From assembly GCA_038087875.1 (NCBI GenBank), contig CM075993.1:10418001-10482000 (forward strand): a stretch of 64,000 bases of DNA, given 5' to 3'. The position numbers were made by a program, and so were the translations under genes. Positions 61,764-64,000 of the stretch are shown here, one piece after another. Position 1 is the first letter of the stretch. Each line of letters starts with the position of its first letter. A model generated the notes under the pieces. The model was given only the letters and a program-made list of their open reading frames with translations, had not been told where the DNA came from and did not search any database. This stretch comes from Malacoraja senta. Its lineage: Eukaryota.

Positions 61764-62269
61764 GTAAGTTGGTGACCTCCACTTCTTAGGATTTATCTGC
61801 TCCATTTAAAGATGTAGTTTAACAGAGTGCAAAACAAACTGATGAAGGAACTTAGCGGGTCAAGAAGCTTCTGTGGAGGGTCCTGATGCAAAATGTCGAC
61901 AGATCTTTTCCCTCCACAGATGCAGCTCAAGTAGCGGAGTTCCTCCAGTAGTTTGTTCTTTGTTTCCTCTGCAGTCGCTGTTCCATTGTACCTTTAGTAA
62001 ATGGGAAATTATAATGTACTTTAACTTCCCAAAATGAATAGATATAAAAATGTTAAGTTTCACCCAACCACCTCAATTCTGCTCCTGTAATGTTGAAGAT
62101 TTGAGGAAGGGATGGAACAGCCGCCTGTTGGGAGGTGTGTTGGCCAGTGAGACTGTCCGTTGTATCTTTAGATGTTATTAGCTTGGTTTGTTGTGTCTTT
62201 GCAAGTTAAAGGTTACATCTTGTTTAGTTTAGAGATGCAGTGTGGAAACAGGCCCTTCGGTCCACCAAG

Positions 62270-63313
62270 TAGCAATGTTACAAAATTTTGAGATTTAAAA
62301 AAAAAAGTCTGCAATTTTCCCATCAGATAAAGAGTAAAAAGAAGTTTAATTTGACACCTAATTCACTTTCATATCTTCAGTATTAAAAAAGTTATGGCCA
62401 TTTTCATACTCGGAAATTAGCATCTTGTTCCCTATTGCTTTCCATTGACTTAACACAAAAGCTGTGATCGAGGACAGTTAAAAGCCCATAACTTTCTTAA
62501 AAATTAAGAGAACTGAAAGAAATTTCCAGTTATTATAGATTGAAGCATTCTGAAACAAATATGAAACAATCTTACTTAGAAGACATGAAATTAAAGCATA
62601 TAATTAGTTAGTTACCTAATTGTAGCTAATTACAAAATTCAATTACTAGATCTAAACATCTATCAATTTCTTAAGAATAGATTAACATTTTTAAATAGCC
62701 TAAGTGTCCAAATAACATTCACACAAGAATTCACAATATAACATAATTTTTAAATCTCATTGTCATGAATTTACAGGCCAAATGGAAGGAATTGAATGTT
62801 TAATACCTGTAAATTAATGGGCATTTAAATCGTCTTGTGAGTGAGGATTTCTGGAACGCGATCATTTGGAACGTTCATTTGCGGTGAATTTAACCCCGTA
62901 TTGGCATGAAAAATTCAGCCGTTAGTTCGGGGAATAAAATCACCGTTTCGCATGAAAAAATGTGAATTAAAGGCTTCTTAAGAAGCACTTTTATACATTT
63001 AAATAAACCACTTTCGTTTACCTGTCCCGTGTGTGAAATCCGTCCCCGTTATCGGCGTTGACGGCTTCAGGAGCTGCTTTTAAAACAACTCCAGCGCTGA
63101 CATTGTCGATTTAATAAAAATAAAAAATTCACAAAACGCCCCTAGGAACGATTTTTCAGCAAACGCTTGTACTCCAACGAAATATAATTCAGGACAAGGT
63201 AGGAGAAACCCGCGTTTTAAGCCCTCCCCCCCCCCCTTAAAGGTGCCAAAATCGCGCACACGGCCAGTGACAGAATTACAGCGCGACTGAAGGTAAGTTT
63301 TGTAACATACCTA
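62270..63313. mobile_element. Non-autonomous DNA transposon, copy 2, inserted into a minus-strand V-SINE (62223-63583)
   Basis: Same TIRs and body as 49128-50167; flanked by CACCAAG(T). Confidence 0.9.
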
Positions 63314-64000
63314 CACCAAGTCCGTGCCGACCAGCGATCCCCGCACACGATCCTTCACACACTATCCGACACACACTAGGGACAATTTACATTTATACCA
63401 AGTCAATTAGCCTACAAACCTGTATGCCTTTGGAGTGTGGTAGAAAACCAGAGCTTCCTGGAGATAATCCACGCATGTCACGGGGAGAACGTACAAACTC
63501 CGTACAGACAAGCACCCATAGTCAGGATCGAACTTGGGTCTCTGGTGCTGTAAGGCAGCAACTCTACCGTTGTGCTGCCCTTGCACCGTGCTGCATCTTG
63601 TATTTCATGTTATGTCATTGATATGGAGTTGAACAGCACAGAAACAGGCTCTATAGCCCAACACATCCATGCTGACATTTTCCCCCGTTTACACTCATTC
63701 CATTTGCCCACATTAGGTTTGCATCTTTCTATGCCTTGCATATTTAAGTGCCTGTCTAGATGTCTCTTAAATGTAGTGATTGTGTCTGACTCCTCCGCCT
63801 CTCAGTTCCAGATATCAATCCTGTGTTTTTTTATTTCCCTCAAACCCCTTTTAAACCTCCTTCATCTCACCTTGTTCTTCAGCCTCCTTCACTCGAGAGA
63901 AAACGAACCAGCCTATTCAATCTGCCCCCATAAGTCAAGTCCTTGATCCAGGCAACATCCAGGTCAATCTCCTCTGAACCCTTGCTAGTGCAACCACATA

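Overview
Eukaryotic genomic DNA, not prokaryotic; the repeat families point to a cartilaginous fish, probably a skate or ray (inference). The whole window lies inside one + strand gene, HERC1 (giant HECT E3 ligase). I traced 21 internal coding exons from 2158 to 61763, all with AG/GT boundaries and matching phases, covering the SPRY domain and a UBA-like region. Neither end of the gene is in the window. The introns are packed with transposable elements: CR1 LINEs (one nearly intact, 4.6 kb), Penelope-like elements (PLEs) and many short PLE-derived fold-back palindromes, L2, L1, Rex/Babar fragments, tRNA-derived V-SINEs, a Tc1 remnant, a Harbinger-type MITE, a solo LTR and an unclassified 1-kb TIR element present twice. 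Main points of interest: (1) PLE-derived hairpin insertions that fold back at a hammerhead-ribozyme-like motif and carry 10-17 bp target-site duplications (TSDs); (2) a PLE insertion that copied about 270 bp of its own flank in inverted orientation; (3) a candidate frame-preserving 33-nt HERC1 microexon; (4) an insertion that duplicated and rewired a splice donor; (5) in-frame alternative acceptors. Most short ORFs in the track are TE debris or antisense artefacts. Protein and family assignments are from recall, not database searches.
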